Part shown: positions 1 through 8,571 of the stretch, piece by piece | How the letters are laid out: every line of letters begins with the position of its first letter | How positions within the stretch are numbered: position 1 is the first letter of the stretch | DNA from: an uncultured Candidatus Saccharibacteria bacterium | GTDB taxonomy: Bacteria > Patescibacteriota > Minisyncoccia > JACPXH01 | NCBI GenBank assembly: GCA_964409225.1 | Contig: CAYPCM010000003.1 | Span: 1-58,908 of the forward strand | Direction: 5' to 3' | DNA length: 58,908 bases | Program-made: the position numbers and the translations under genes | Notes under the pieces: generated by a model | What the model saw: only the letters and a program-made list of their open reading frames with translations | The model's database searches: none | Told to the model about the DNA's origin: nothing

Positions 1-139
1 CCGCGGTCTCAACCACCGCGCGCAGTTGTTCATTGTCAGAAACGTTGAACTGGCCTACAGCCCAGTGTTCGACGAGGGCGCGCTGGAGGATCGAACGAAA
101 GTCCATCGTATCGTTAGCGGTCATGACAGAAGGTTTCAT
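1..139 (-). CDS. fba: Class II fructose-bisphosphate aldolase, N-terminal part (runs off window edge)
   Basis: Not in the ORF track. Manual translation from ATG at 139 gives MKPSVMTANDTMDFRSILQRALVEHWAVGQFNVSDNEQLRAVVETA, matching the class II aldolase N-terminal AVGxFN motif. ATGA overlap with the pfkB stop; glycolytic context. Confidence 0.7.
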   Translation of the reverse strand, partial: MKPSVMTANDTMDFRSILQRALVEHWAVGQFNVSDNEQLRAVVETA

Positions 140-1128
140 ATCGGCCTCGGTTCGTAGTCAGCCGGGGCGGTCTTCAAATACGCTTCCAGCTTCTCCCGCG
201 TCAGCAGCCCCCCGCGCGCGCCCACCTGCTGCACCACTGACATTGAATTAATGGGTCCCCACTTAAGAGCGGTCCGCACGTCAAACCCAAAACAGAGCGC
301 AACTGCAAAAGTGGACGAAAAGGCATCGCCAGCGCCCGTGCGCTCGTACGGGGGCTTGGGGTCCGGATAGGCGCGCATGAAGAGCGCCTCTTTGCCGTCA
401 AAAGCATAAGCGCCTTTGATGCCGTCGGTGATGACCACAATCTTGGGGCCAAGATCGTGCATGGCGAAAAGAAGCTTCTTTTTGTCCTGCTCTTCGGTGC
501 GCAGGATCTTGCGCGCTTCGCCGGTGTTACAGAAAAACACATCCGCGCGCTCATAGATGCGCTGAAGTCGTTCGCGGCCAAACTTCATCTGGAAAGTGCC
601 CGGCTGGAACGCGAGCTTTACCGCCGGACGCTTCTCGAGATAGTCAATGATGGCTTCGTGGTACGGCAGCGAGTATTCGCCTAAGGACGAAAGATACACC
701 CAGCCCGGATCGTTAATGTCTGGCAGCGCATACGGAAAGTCCTCGTGCTTCACCAAAATGGTGCGATCGTCTTCATACCACAAAACGTAGTGATAATTGG
801 TTTTGTGGTCTTGGTGGACGCGCACGAATTCCGCTGACACGCTTTCAACCTTCAACGCCTCAAGGCACTCGGTGCCAAAATAATCGCCGCCCACGTCCGA
901 AACCAGCGCGCTCTTGAGCCCCAGCCGTGAAGCGCTCACCGCGGCGTTGGGGCTATTGCCCACAGCCGGCACGATCGTAACCGACTCGTACGGAATCTTG
1001 TCGGTAAAGGCCATGCAGATTTCGCACTTCTCGCGATTGATTGTGCAGTGCACCGACGCTTCTTTCAAACGGATGAAGGCGTCAGTGACCACGTCGCCGA
1101 TGGCAAGGAAGTCGTATCGTTCGGCCAT
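136..1128 (-). CDS. PfkB/ribokinase-family carbohydrate kinase
   Basis: N-terminal GNSPNAAV..SRLG motif and C-terminal RTGAGDAF PfkB signature. Confidence 0.9.
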   Translation of the reverse strand: MAERYDFLAIGDVVTDAFIRLKEASVHCTINREKCEICMAFTDKIPYESVTIVPAVGNSPNAAVSASRLGLKSALVSDVGGDYFGTECLEALKVESVSAEFVRVHQDHKTNYHYVLWYEDDRTILVKHEDFPYALPDINDPGWVYLSSLGEYSLPYHEAIIDYLEKRPAVKLAFQPGTFQMKFGRERLQRIYERADVFFCNTGEARKILRTEEQDKKKLLFAMHDLGPKIVVITDGIKGAYAFDGKEALFMRAYPDPKPPYERTGAGDAFSSTFAVALCFGFDVRTALKWGPINSMSVVQQVGARGGLLTREKLEAYLKTAPADYEPRPI

Positions 1129-1133
1129 ACTAC

Positions 1134-1277
1134 AATTTCTAATGGCTAATTGATCTAATTTCTAATCAAATCCCAACGCTCAAATAACCAAAACCCTTTA
1201 CGATCTGGGATTTTCGACATTGGTCATTAGGATTTCTTTAGGTCAATCAGGAATTAGACATTAGACATTCGGATTTC
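1134..1277. repeat. AT-rich palindromic element with 7-nt periodicity (CTAATTT/CTAATGT-type units)
   Basis: Left arm aatttct-aatggct-aattgat-ctaattt-ctaatca-aatccca is an imperfect inverse of right arm tgggatt...caggaat-tagacat-tagacat. Same family as 57478-57596. Confidence 0.75.
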
Positions 1278-1287
1278 TCATCTTCGG

Positions 1288-2274
1288 CTACTTGCGTGCA
1301 ATGACTCGCTTCACCGCCTCCTTGATACTCCCCACGCCCATCCCAAAATGCTCGACGAGTTCATTGGGATCGCCCGACTCGCCAAACCGATCCCGCACGC
1401 CGATGCGTTCGACCGGCACGGGATAGTGTTCTGCCAATACCTCGCACACGGCCGATCCCATGCCGCCATTGATCTGGTGTTCCTCAACGGTTACGACCGC
1501 TCCGGTGTCTTTGGCTGCCTTCACAATGGTTTCCGCATCGAGAGGTTTGATGGTGTGATTATTGATTACGGTGCATTCAACTCCTTTTCTCGAAAGTTCG
1601 TCTGCCGCCGCCAGCGCGTTCCATATCAGCGACCCGCAGGCCACAATTGCCGCGTCCTTGCCTTCCCTGAACATCTCGGCACGACCAACCTGAAACGGCG
1701 TTTCTTCAGTCGTAACCAGCGGTGTTTTCTCGCGCGCAAAGCGAATATAGACCGGACCTTCAAGCGACATTGCAGCAAACGTGGCCTTTTTGGCCTCAAT
1801 CGCGTCGCAGGGGGCGATGACGGTCATGCTCGGCATCACCCGCATGATCGCCATATCTTCAACCGCCTGGTGCGTAGCGCCATCCGGCCCCACTGAAATA
1901 CCCGCGTGCGCTCCGGCGATAATCACGTGCCGACCGTTGTAGGCGATAGTCGTGCGAATTTGCTCCCAGTTGCGACCCGGCGAAAACATGGCGTAAGACG
2001 AGATGTACGGAATTTTACCCATCGCCGCCATGCCGGACGCGACGGTGGCCAAATTTTGCTCCGCCACTCCGAGTTCAACATACCGCTCCGGAAATTTTTT
2101 CTGGAAGGGCTGCGTACGCGTGGATTCCGAAAGATCTGCGCACAGCGCTACCACGTTCGGGTTCGCGTCGCCCACAAGCAAGAGCCCGTCGCCGTAGCCA
2201 TCGCGGATCGGCTTTTGCTGGAGCTTGGTTTTATCTAATAGATCGGGAGCGAGTTTTGCGTTTGGGTTGAGCAT
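1288..2274 (-). CDS. tkt: Transketolase, C-terminal (pyrimidine-binding) subunit
   Basis: LCADL, GVAEQN, GPDGATHQ and VTVEEHQ motifs. Start placed at MLNPN (2274) because the ATG at 2289 lies inside a palindromic element. Confidence 0.9.
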   Translation of the reverse strand: MLNPNAKLAPDLLDKTKLQQKPIRDGYGDGLLLVGDANPNVVALCADLSESTRTQPFQKKFPERYVELGVAEQNLATVASGMAAMGKIPYISSYAMFSPGRNWEQIRTTIAYNGRHVIIAGAHAGISVGPDGATHQAVEDMAIMRVMPSMTVIAPCDAIEAKKATFAAMSLEGPVYIRFAREKTPLVTTEETPFQVGRAEMFREGKDAAIVACGSLIWNALAAADELSRKGVECTVINNHTIKPLDAETIVKAAKDTGAVVTVEEHQINGGMGSAVCEVLAEHYPVPVERIGVRDRFGESGDPNELVEHFGMGVGSIKEAVKRVIARK

Positions 2275-2284
2275 AGTATGCGTA

Positions 2285-2364
2285 GTCATTGCGAGGAGTC
2301 CCGCCCAGCAGGACGACGAAGCAATCTCGAGATTGCCGCGCTCCCTTCGGTCGCTCGCAATGAC
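2285..2364. repeat. GTCATTGCGAG...CTCGCAATGAC palindromic miniature element (REP/RPE-like)
   Basis: Perfect 11-bp terminal inverted repeat; internal perfect palindrome GCAATCTC-GAGATTGC at 2321-2336. Confidence 0.85.
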
Positions 2365-2374
2365 GGAGTAAACT

Positions 2375-2986
2375 TCATAACAACGCTATCCCTACCTGCC
2401 CCACCAACCCCGCCACCACCGGAATCGCGAGGTTGTCGTCCAGGTATCTCGTGCTCATCTCGGCAATCGTGGCGGCTGCGGCCATAACCGGCGCCAGCCA
2501 AAACGTGGGCAAAAGCAGAAACCCGATGATAAGATCTACCGCAAACTCGGCTAAAGCCGCTTCCCAGTTTTTCTCCGGCCGCTCCGGCACGCGAAAACCC
2601 TCTTGGTTGTAACTCACAATGGCTGAAACCGAATCGCCGATTATTGCCATCAAAATTGCGGCATTGGCCACGCGCGGATCAAAAACAGCCAAAGCCACGG
2701 TCATGCCCAAAAAGAGGTGCACCGACGCGGCGACCGTGTGCCGCTCCTTCGCCCGCAGGACTCGTTGAAACGGCACGTGCCAACCCAGTTCCATCCGCGC
2801 AAATTCATAAAGCAAAATGAGCAGCACCAGCGCCACCATCCCAATGAGCGCCGCCTGCCTCGAGTATGTCGCTTCCACCTGCCAAAATGCGTACAGCACC
2901 CCGAAAGCAAGCAGGTGCAAAAGCTTACGGCTCCAAAAGTCGGGGGTTGGCTCTTTGGGTCCGAGTGTCGGAGAATCTTGCATCAT
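2375..2986 (-). CDS. Diacylglycerol/polyprenol (phytol/dolichol) kinase-family membrane protein
   Basis: Multipass hydrophobic protein with RKLLH, GDSVSA, EKNW and DDNL..P motifs typical of SEC59/VTE5/DGK1-like CTP-dependent kinases. Confidence 0.7.
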   Translation of the reverse strand: MMQDSPTLGPKEPTPDFWSRKLLHLLAFGVLYAFWQVEATYSRQAALIGMVALVLLILLYEFARMELGWHVPFQRVLRAKERHTVAASVHLFLGMTVALAVFDPRVANAAILMAIIGDSVSAIVSYNQEGFRVPERPEKNWEAALAEFAVDLIIGFLLLPTFWLAPVMAAAATIAEMSTRYLDDNLAIPVVAGLVGQVGIALL

Positions 2987-3010
2987 ATTAGTTCCGTTTC
3001 CAAGACCAAC

Positions 3011-3877
3011 TTACTCATGTTCGCTCCGAATCTTTCCACCTAATGTCCGCAGCGCCACAAGAAACTTTTCTGCCTCCTCGGGCTTGGGCGGAATGCCGTG
3101 CCATTTGTAGTCAAACTCGATCTCCGGCACGCCCTTGCCCGGAATTGTATGCGCGATGATGCAAGTGGGCTTTTCAAAAATGGCCTTCGCTTCGTTCACC
3201 GCATCCACGATCTCGCGGAAATTGTGGCCGTCAATTTCCAACACATGCCAATTGAACGCTTCGTATTTCGCGCGCAGGGGCTCAAGCGGCATCACGTCTT
3301 CGGTCATGCCGTTTATCTGGATGTTGTTACGGTCAATAATCGAAGTCAAATTGTGCAATTTGTTGCGGCCCGCAAACATGACGCCTTCCCACGTGTTGCC
3401 GGCTTGGTGCTCGGCGTCTGACGTGAGGCAATAAATCCGAATCTGCTTTTTATCCATGGCCGCGGCCAGTGCCATGCCGGCGGCCTGCGACGTGCCGGAA
3501 CCAAGCGGACCAGAAGTTGTTTCAATACCGGGGAGTGATCCGCGGTGCGGATGGCCCTGCAAACGCGTGCCGAACTTGCGCAACGTCATCAGTTCTTCTT
3601 TTTGAAAATATCCGGCGTGCGCGAGGGTTACGTACTGAATGGGACAGATATGGCCGTTCGAAAGAATAAGACGATCGCGTTCCGGCCAGTCTGGATTTTT
3701 CGGGTCATGGTTCAAAATGTGAAAATACATGGCCGTAAAAATGTCAGCCATGCCCAAGGGCCCGGCGGTGTGGCCGGATTTCGCCTCGGCGAGCATGGCG
3801 ATCAGATCCTGGCGGATCGCATTCGCCTTCTCTTCGAGGAACTTTATCTTGTCGTCGTGGAGGTTTTCTTCGGGCAT
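3011..3877 (-). CDS. tkt: Transketolase, N-terminal (ThDP-binding) subunit
   Basis: SGHTAG, SNGH, LQGHP, GPLGSG, SDAEHQAG..N and HTIPGKG motifs. Start at MPEE (3877); the ORF-track extension is repeat-derived. Confidence 0.9.
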   Translation of the reverse strand: MPEENLHDDKIKFLEEKANAIRQDLIAMLAEAKSGHTAGPLGMADIFTAMYFHILNHDPKNPDWPERDRLILSNGHICPIQYVTLAHAGYFQKEELMTLRKFGTRLQGHPHRGSLPGIETTSGPLGSGTSQAAGMALAAAMDKKQIRIYCLTSDAEHQAGNTWEGVMFAGRNKLHNLTSIIDRNNIQINGMTEDVMPLEPLRAKYEAFNWHVLEIDGHNFREIVDAVNEAKAIFEKPTCIIAHTIPGKGVPEIEFDYKWHGIPPKPEEAEKFLVALRTLGGKIRSEHE

Positions 3878-3883
3878 AGCCAA

Positions 3884-3992
3884 AATTTTCAATTTTGAAT
3901 TTTTAATTTCCAATGAATAATGAATATTGAATGGTCGAATTTTGAAACATTCAGTCATTCGAGTTTGATTCGAAATTCAGAATTCAAAATTC
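3884..3992. repeat. 7-nt-periodic AATTTTG/GAATT imperfect inverted-repeat element overlapping the 3' end of rpe
   Basis: Left arm aattttc-aattttg-aattttt-aatttcc-aatgaat-aatgaat; right arm cattcag...gaaattc-agaattc-aaaattc. Confidence 0.75.
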
Positions 3993-4647
3993 GCTCTCTC
4001 GCATCTTCTCGAAACGAGCGCAGCGCTTCTCCAAAATCCTCTGCCCCAAACAACGCCGATCCTGCTATAAGCCGCCCCGCGCCCGCAGCCACGACCTGAC
4101 GGGCGGTACCGACCCGGATGCCACCGTCTACGCTAATGATACCACTAGGCCATTTTTGGCGTAAGGAGACGATTTTGGGGATAACTGACTCATCGAATTT
4201 CTGACCCGCGAATCCGGGGTTAACCGACATGATGAGAACTGTATCAAGCTTGTCGAGATACGGTTCAACCGCCGAAATCGGGGTTTCGGGATTGAGGGCC
4301 AGCCCCACCTGTTTGCCGATCGCTTTCGTTGACTCGACCGTACGCTGCGCTTCGTCTGGCGAATCGAACGCTTCAATATGCCAAATCAAGCGCTCGGCTG
4401 GCGAATCAAACCAAGCGTTACGCACGTTTGGCTTGGCCACCACCATCAAGTGCGCTTCGATCTTGAGTTTCGTTTCGAGCTGGTGGAACAGAAGCGGATC
4501 CTGGATTGTCGTATTCGGCACGAACACGCCATCCATCACGTCCACGTGCAGCCACGCGCAATGCGGCTCGACGGTTTCGATTGCCGCCTTCAGTTCATCG
4601 AGGCTTTTCGGGATGACTGCGGGAATGATTTCGATTGCTTCTGCCAT
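3955..4647 (-). CDS. rpe: Ribulose-phosphate 3-epimerase
   Basis: HVDVMDGVFVPN, EAHLMV, MSVNPGFAGQ and VDGG motifs. Confidence 0.95.
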   Translation of the reverse strand: MAEAIEIIPAVIPKSLDELKAAIETVEPHCAWLHVDVMDGVFVPNTTIQDPLLFHQLETKLKIEAHLMVVAKPNVRNAWFDSPAERLIWHIEAFDSPDEAQRTVESTKAIGKQVGLALNPETPISAVEPYLDKLDTVLIMSVNPGFAGQKFDESVIPKIVSLRQKWPSGIISVDGGIRVGTARQVVAAGAGRLIAGSALFGAEDFGEALRSFREDARERILNSEFRIKLE

Positions 4648-4658
4648 GCATAGATGAC

Positions 4659-4754
4659 GTCATCCTGAACGAAGTGAAGGATCTCGCGCAATAATTGCTC
4701 CCGCCTTGAGATTCTTCGCTTCGGGACGCTGTGCGTCCCTTCGCTCAGAATGAC
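4659..4754. repeat. GTCATCCTGAACGAAG...CTTCGCTCAGAATGAC palindromic miniature element
   Basis: 16-bp terminal arms with two G-U-compatible mismatches; internal GAAGGATCTC/GAGATTCTTC arms and a small GGGACGC-tgt-GCGTCCC hairpin. Same GTCAT...ATGAC termini as 2285-2364. Confidence 0.85.
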
Positions 4755-4760
4755 GTGGCG

Positions 4761-5207
4761 CTAAGACTCAAACTCGGCTATCTTCTCCAGTCGCCGAATA
4801 TGACGCTCCTCGCCCGAAAACGGTGTTGCGAGCCATGCGTCCACCATTTTTTTCGCGTCTTCCTCCGAAAGCCAATCAGACGGAAGCGCGAGCACATTCG
4901 CGTCTTCATGCTCTCGCGACTGTTTCGCCACTGCTTCATTGAAGGCGAGTGCGGATTTCACGCCTTTGAATTTGTTCGCGACCATATCCACTCCGTGGCC
5001 AGACCCGCAAATTAAAATACCCCTATTTTCGCTGGGGTTTTCGGAAACCTTCGCCGCGACGTTCGCGGCGAAATCGACGTAGTCGTCGTTCGGATCTTCG
5101 ACCGTGTTCCCAAGATCTTCAACTTCAATACCGCACTCGGCCAGATGCGCCTTGAGCGATTCTTTCAACTTGAATCCGCGATGATCCGCGCCGAGAAAAA
5201 TTTGCAT
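4761..5207 (-). CDS. rpiB: Ribose-5-phosphate isomerase B
   Basis: GADHRG, DY, CGSGHG..MVANK..GV and A.QSREHEDANVL motifs. Start at MQIFLG (5207). Confidence 0.95.
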   Translation of the reverse strand: MQIFLGADHRGFKLKESLKAHLAECGIEVEDLGNTVEDPNDDYVDFAANVAAKVSENPSENRGILICGSGHGVDMVANKFKGVKSALAFNEAVAKQSREHEDANVLALPSDWLSEEDAKKMVDAWLATPFSGEERHIRRLEKIAEFES

Positions 5208-5233
5208 AGCGAGAAACCAGAAACTGTCTTTGT

Positions 5234-5308
5234 GGGGCCCGAGTGATGTTGCCGAGCAAAGCGTCGCGCAGGCCGACACGTCTTTGCGAGGCAATATCCG
5301 AGGGACCC
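5234..5308. repeat. GC-rich long intergenic hairpin element
   Basis: Nested arm pairs ggggccc/gggaccc, gatgttgcc/ggcaatatc and gcaaag/ctttgc. Confidence 0.6.
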
Positions 5309-5320
5309 ATTGACGACTCT

Positions 5321-6325
5321 TTAGTATTTTGCCGCTCGGATCACGTGTTCAACTAACGTCGTCGTGTACCCCCACTCGTTGTCGTACCACGCGAGGATCT
5401 TGACCAGATCGCCGTCCACAACCCGCGTGAATGAGAGGTCCGCGATCGATGCGTAGGGGTCTTTGATAATGTCGCTTGAGACGAGCGGCTCTTCGCTCAC
5501 CCGGAAGATGTTTTGCCAGCGTGGTTCCCCCGCTGCCTTGCGCAATAGGTCGTTTACCTCTTCGGCCGTTGTGGTACGGCCTGCGAGGAACGTGAGGTCG
5601 GCGATGGAGCCCGCCACCACCGGCACACGCAGCGAGATGCCGGTAAAAAGTTTGTCTAACTCCGTGAGCGCCTTGGCCACGGCTTCCGCCGCGCCGGTCG
5701 AAGAAGGCACGATGTTGACCGCCGCGGCGCGGCCGCGCAGAAAGTCATCGTCCTTGACCGAACCGTCCACCAAGTTCTGCGAGGCGGTATAGCCGTGCAC
5801 CGTGTTCAAGATCGCCTTTTTGACGCCTACGGTCTCCATCATAATGGCAGCCACGGGACTTGCGGCATTTGTGGTGCAAGAAGCATTACAGGTGATAGGG
5901 CCGGCGGCGAACTTGTCTTCGTTAATACCCACAAGCACAGTCGCCACCTCGCCCTTGGCCGGCGCCGAAATCACAACACGCTTCGCACCCGCCTCGAGGT
6001 GAAGCTTGGCTTTATCCGAGTGCGTAAATAAACCAGTTGATTCAACCACGACGTCAACACCCAAATCCTTCCACGGCAACGCCGCGGGATCTTTTTCTGC
6101 CAGCGCCTTAATACGTCTGCCGTCAACTATGAATGCGCCGTCCTCCACCGCAACTTCTCGTTCATAACGGCCATACACCGAATCGAACCGCAGCAAGTAC
6201 GCCAGGTTCTCGCACGAACCCAGATCGTTTACCGCGACCAACTCAATTTCAGGCCGCTCAAAGGCCTGCTTGAAAAAAGCGCGGCCGATTCTGCCGAAAC
6301 CGTTGATTGCAACTCGGATCGCCAT
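5321..6325 (-). CDS. gap: Type I glyceraldehyde-3-phosphate dehydrogenase
   Basis: INGFGRIGR, ASCTTN (catalytic Cys) and WYDNEWGY motifs. Confidence 0.97.
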   Translation of the reverse strand: MAIRVAINGFGRIGRAFFKQAFERPEIELVAVNDLGSCENLAYLLRFDSVYGRYEREVAVEDGAFIVDGRRIKALAEKDPAALPWKDLGVDVVVESTGLFTHSDKAKLHLEAGAKRVVISAPAKGEVATVLVGINEDKFAAGPITCNASCTTNAASPVAAIMMETVGVKKAILNTVHGYTASQNLVDGSVKDDDFLRGRAAAVNIVPSSTGAAEAVAKALTELDKLFTGISLRVPVVAGSIADLTFLAGRTTTAEEVNDLLRKAAGEPRWQNIFRVSEEPLVSSDIIKDPYASIADLSFTRVVDGDLVKILAWYDNEWGYTTTLVEHVIRAAKY

Positions 6326-6374
6326 ATAGAACGTTTACTTACTTCTGGAGCACTTCGCCCCTTCCAAGTCGCCG

Positions 6375-6545
6375 AATGCCAAATGTCAAAGCTCAAATGT
6401 CAACTTCTCGACTCGTCGCTCGGCAAGCTCGCGCCTCGCTCGAAGAATAATTTTAGTATTCGAGCAAGCGAGTCTCTCGATTCGACTCGAGATAGCCTTC
6501 ACGAGCGCGTCGAGAATTTGGCATTTGGATTTTGACATTTGAACT
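6375..6545. repeat. Nested palindromic element: 7-nt-periodic outer arms enclosing a TTCTCGAC...GTCGAGAA element
   Basis: Outer left arm aatgcca-aatgtca-aagctca-aatgtca; outer right arm tttggca-tttggat-tttgaca-tttgaac. Inner perfect 8-bp arms at 6405-6412 and 6509-6516. Confidence 0.8.
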
Positions 6546-6549
6546 TACG

Positions 6550-7515
6550 CTAATGTGGAAGCTTGTTCAAGTAACTGACCGTCGCCAACAAGGCCGCGAT
6601 CCCCTGCCCCACGGCAATGCCGATTTGTTTAAACGGAATATCGGTGACATCGCCAGCGGCGTAAAACCCGGGTAAATTGGTTTCGCCTATGCAGCTTGTT
6701 TTGATCTCGCCGAACTTATTTTTTTCGACTGCGGCCGGCGCAGAAGAACTGTTCGGTACCATGCCAATATGCACAAACACGCCCTCGGCTTCAATAGTTC
6801 TTGTTTCACCGCTTGCGTCTTTGTATTCAACGGCGCTGACGAATTTGTCGCCGATGATACCTGTGGTCTGCGCGCCGTAAATTATTTCGACATTCGGCAG
6901 TTTTACGAGTTTATCAATCAGCACCTGCTCGCCCTTGAACGCCGGGTTTTTATTGATCACGAACACTTTGGAGGCGATCCCTGAAAGCATGATAGCCGAT
7001 TCAAGAGCAGAGTTGCCGCCGCCTATCGTCACCACGGTTTTCTTGGGGAAAAGCGGGCCGTCGCAAACAGTGCAATAGGAAAGCCCTTTGGCGCGAAGTT
7101 CACGCTCGCCGGGCAAACCCAACTCACGAGGATGAACTCCGGTCGCAAAAATAACCGTTCGCGCCTGATACTGCTTTGCTTCGCCATCCTCGCGGGTTAC
7201 AACCTTATCGCCGGCCTTAAGCACGCCGTCGGCGCGAACGTTGACACTATAGTGACCTTCAGCTGGCTCGATAGAAACAACGTCTTCATCCAGTTTCATC
7301 CGGACACTGTTCTTCGCGAGGTGCTCGCGGAATTTTTCGGTCAGTTCAATGCCGTCCGTGTGCGGAAAGCCCGGATAGTTTTCGATCTCACCCGAGGTGG
7401 CAACTTCGCCGCCAAAATCTTTCGAAAGCAGAACAAAAGACAGATTCCGCCTCGCCGCATAGATAGATGCGGCAACGCCGGCGGCCGAACCCCCAATGAT
7501 GATAGTGTCGAACAT
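6550..7515 (-). CDS. trxB: Thioredoxin reductase (TrxB/AhpF C-terminal-like)
   Basis: FAD-binding GGSAAG, redox-active CTVCD, NAD(P)H-binding GGGNSA and AAGDVT motifs. Confidence 0.9.
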   Translation of the reverse strand: MFDTIIIGGSAAGVAASIYAARRNLSFVLLSKDFGGEVATSGEIENYPGFPHTDGIELTEKFREHLAKNSVRMKLDEDVVSIEPAEGHYSVNVRADGVLKAGDKVVTREDGEAKQYQARTVIFATGVHPRELGLPGERELRAKGLSYCTVCDGPLFPKKTVVTIGGGNSALESAIMLSGIASKVFVINKNPAFKGEQVLIDKLVKLPNVEIIYGAQTTGIIGDKFVSAVEYKDASGETRTIEAEGVFVHIGMVPNSSSAPAAVEKNKFGEIKTSCIGETNLPGFYAAGDVTDIPFKQIGIAVGQGIAALLATVSYLNKLPH

Positions 7516-7531
7516 GTCTCGATATATCGAC

Positions 7532-7771
7532 CTAATTATTCAGCCCCAAGGCGCGCGCAATTCTCGGTTTGTCAAACCCAACTATAATTTGGCCGTCAAT
7601 GTCTATGACCGGCACGCCGATCTGGCCGGACTTCGCTACCATTTCGTCAAGCATCTTCTGGTCTGCCGCGACGTCAATGTCGCGAAATGTAATTCGGTTG
7701 GCCTTCAAATACTCCCGAGCCATGTGGCAATAGGGGCAGGAAGGCGTGGAATAGACGATAACATTTGCCAT
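7532..7771 (-). CDS. Glutaredoxin-like protein (NrdH/YruB type)
   Basis: 79 aa; CPYC active site and GVPVI motif; directly upstream of trxB. Confidence 0.9.
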   Translation of the reverse strand: MANVIVYSTPSCPYCHMAREYLKANRITFRDIDVAADQKMLDEMVAKSGQIGVPVIDIDGQIIVGFDKPRIARALGLNN

Positions 7772-7779
7772 ACCTTTTC

Positions 7780-7788
7780 ATCTTATCA
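7780..7788 (-). promoter_or_regulatory. Putative extended -10 promoter for grx-trxB
   Basis: Minus strand reads TGA-TAAGAT, 8 nt before the grx ATG; no good -35. Confidence 0.4.
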
Positions 7789-7794
7789 CAGTCG

Positions 7795-8571
7795 TCAAGT
7801 CGGCGAAATACGGGGCCGCAGCAGACGACTGATTAAGGGGTTCAGAAGATTAATTACCAAAAGCGATCCGCTCAGACCGATACGGGGCAACGCTGCACCG
7901 AAAGCCGCAAACAAACCGCCAATCATACCGTAGCCGACCTGGGCGCGAGGAAAAGCGGGGGTAGTCATCGGTTCGATAAGCATAACCGAAACAAAAAATA
8001 ACGGCAGCGTACGCACAGCGCCCAAGACGGCGTGCGCCTGTGGCGCCTTCACCACCGCAATGAACATCCACGCGGCCGCAAATGCCGCGACCACAGGCCA
8101 TTTGCGCGTGCGCGTGATGATGAATGCTCCGAGTACGGCCACATACGCCGGCACAACGTCACCCCACCAGCCCTCAAGCGCACCGGCAAAGATAACCGTG
8201 GCCGCAAGGCCGAGTGCCGCGGGATTCAAGAGCTGCCGGCCGCGCCAACGGATAACGTGTTTGGACAGAATGCCCATGGCCGCAGCCGCCGCAACCTGCC
8301 AAAGCGGCGAAGCAGGCGCCAGCACAATGGCTACGATGAGTCCGGTTATTAAGCCGCTCTGCGGCAGGTACAGAACGCGCCTGCGCCACCAGGCCAGCGC
8401 CAGATCCAAGCCCCCGCCCACTGTAAGCCCCACCGCCACCTGCGGCCAGGTCTCAGCGAATAGCTTGGCTGAACTAAACCAAGCCGCAAGTACAATTACC
8501 GCCAAAATCCACAGCAGGTGGACCTTAATACCGAGCTGCCAAAAGCGCCGCGCAAAATCCACCACGCTCAT
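7795..8571 (-). CDS. RnfD/NqrB-family integral membrane protein (stand-alone)
   Basis: SGLITGLIVA, ILSKHVIR..G..L.NPAA.G and LIEPMTTP motifs; about 8-9 transmembrane segments. Confidence 0.75.
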   Translation of the reverse strand: MSVVDFARRFWQLGIKVHLLWILAVIVLAAWFSSAKLFAETWPQVAVGLTVGGGLDLALAWWRRRVLYLPQSGLITGLIVAIVLAPASPLWQVAAAAAMGILSKHVIRWRGRQLLNPAALGLAATVIFAGALEGWWGDVVPAYVAVLGAFIITRTRKWPVVAAFAAAWMFIAVVKAPQAHAVLGAVRTLPLFFVSVMLIEPMTTPAFPRAQVGYGMIGGLFAAFGAALPRIGLSGSLLVINLLNPLISRLLRPRISPT

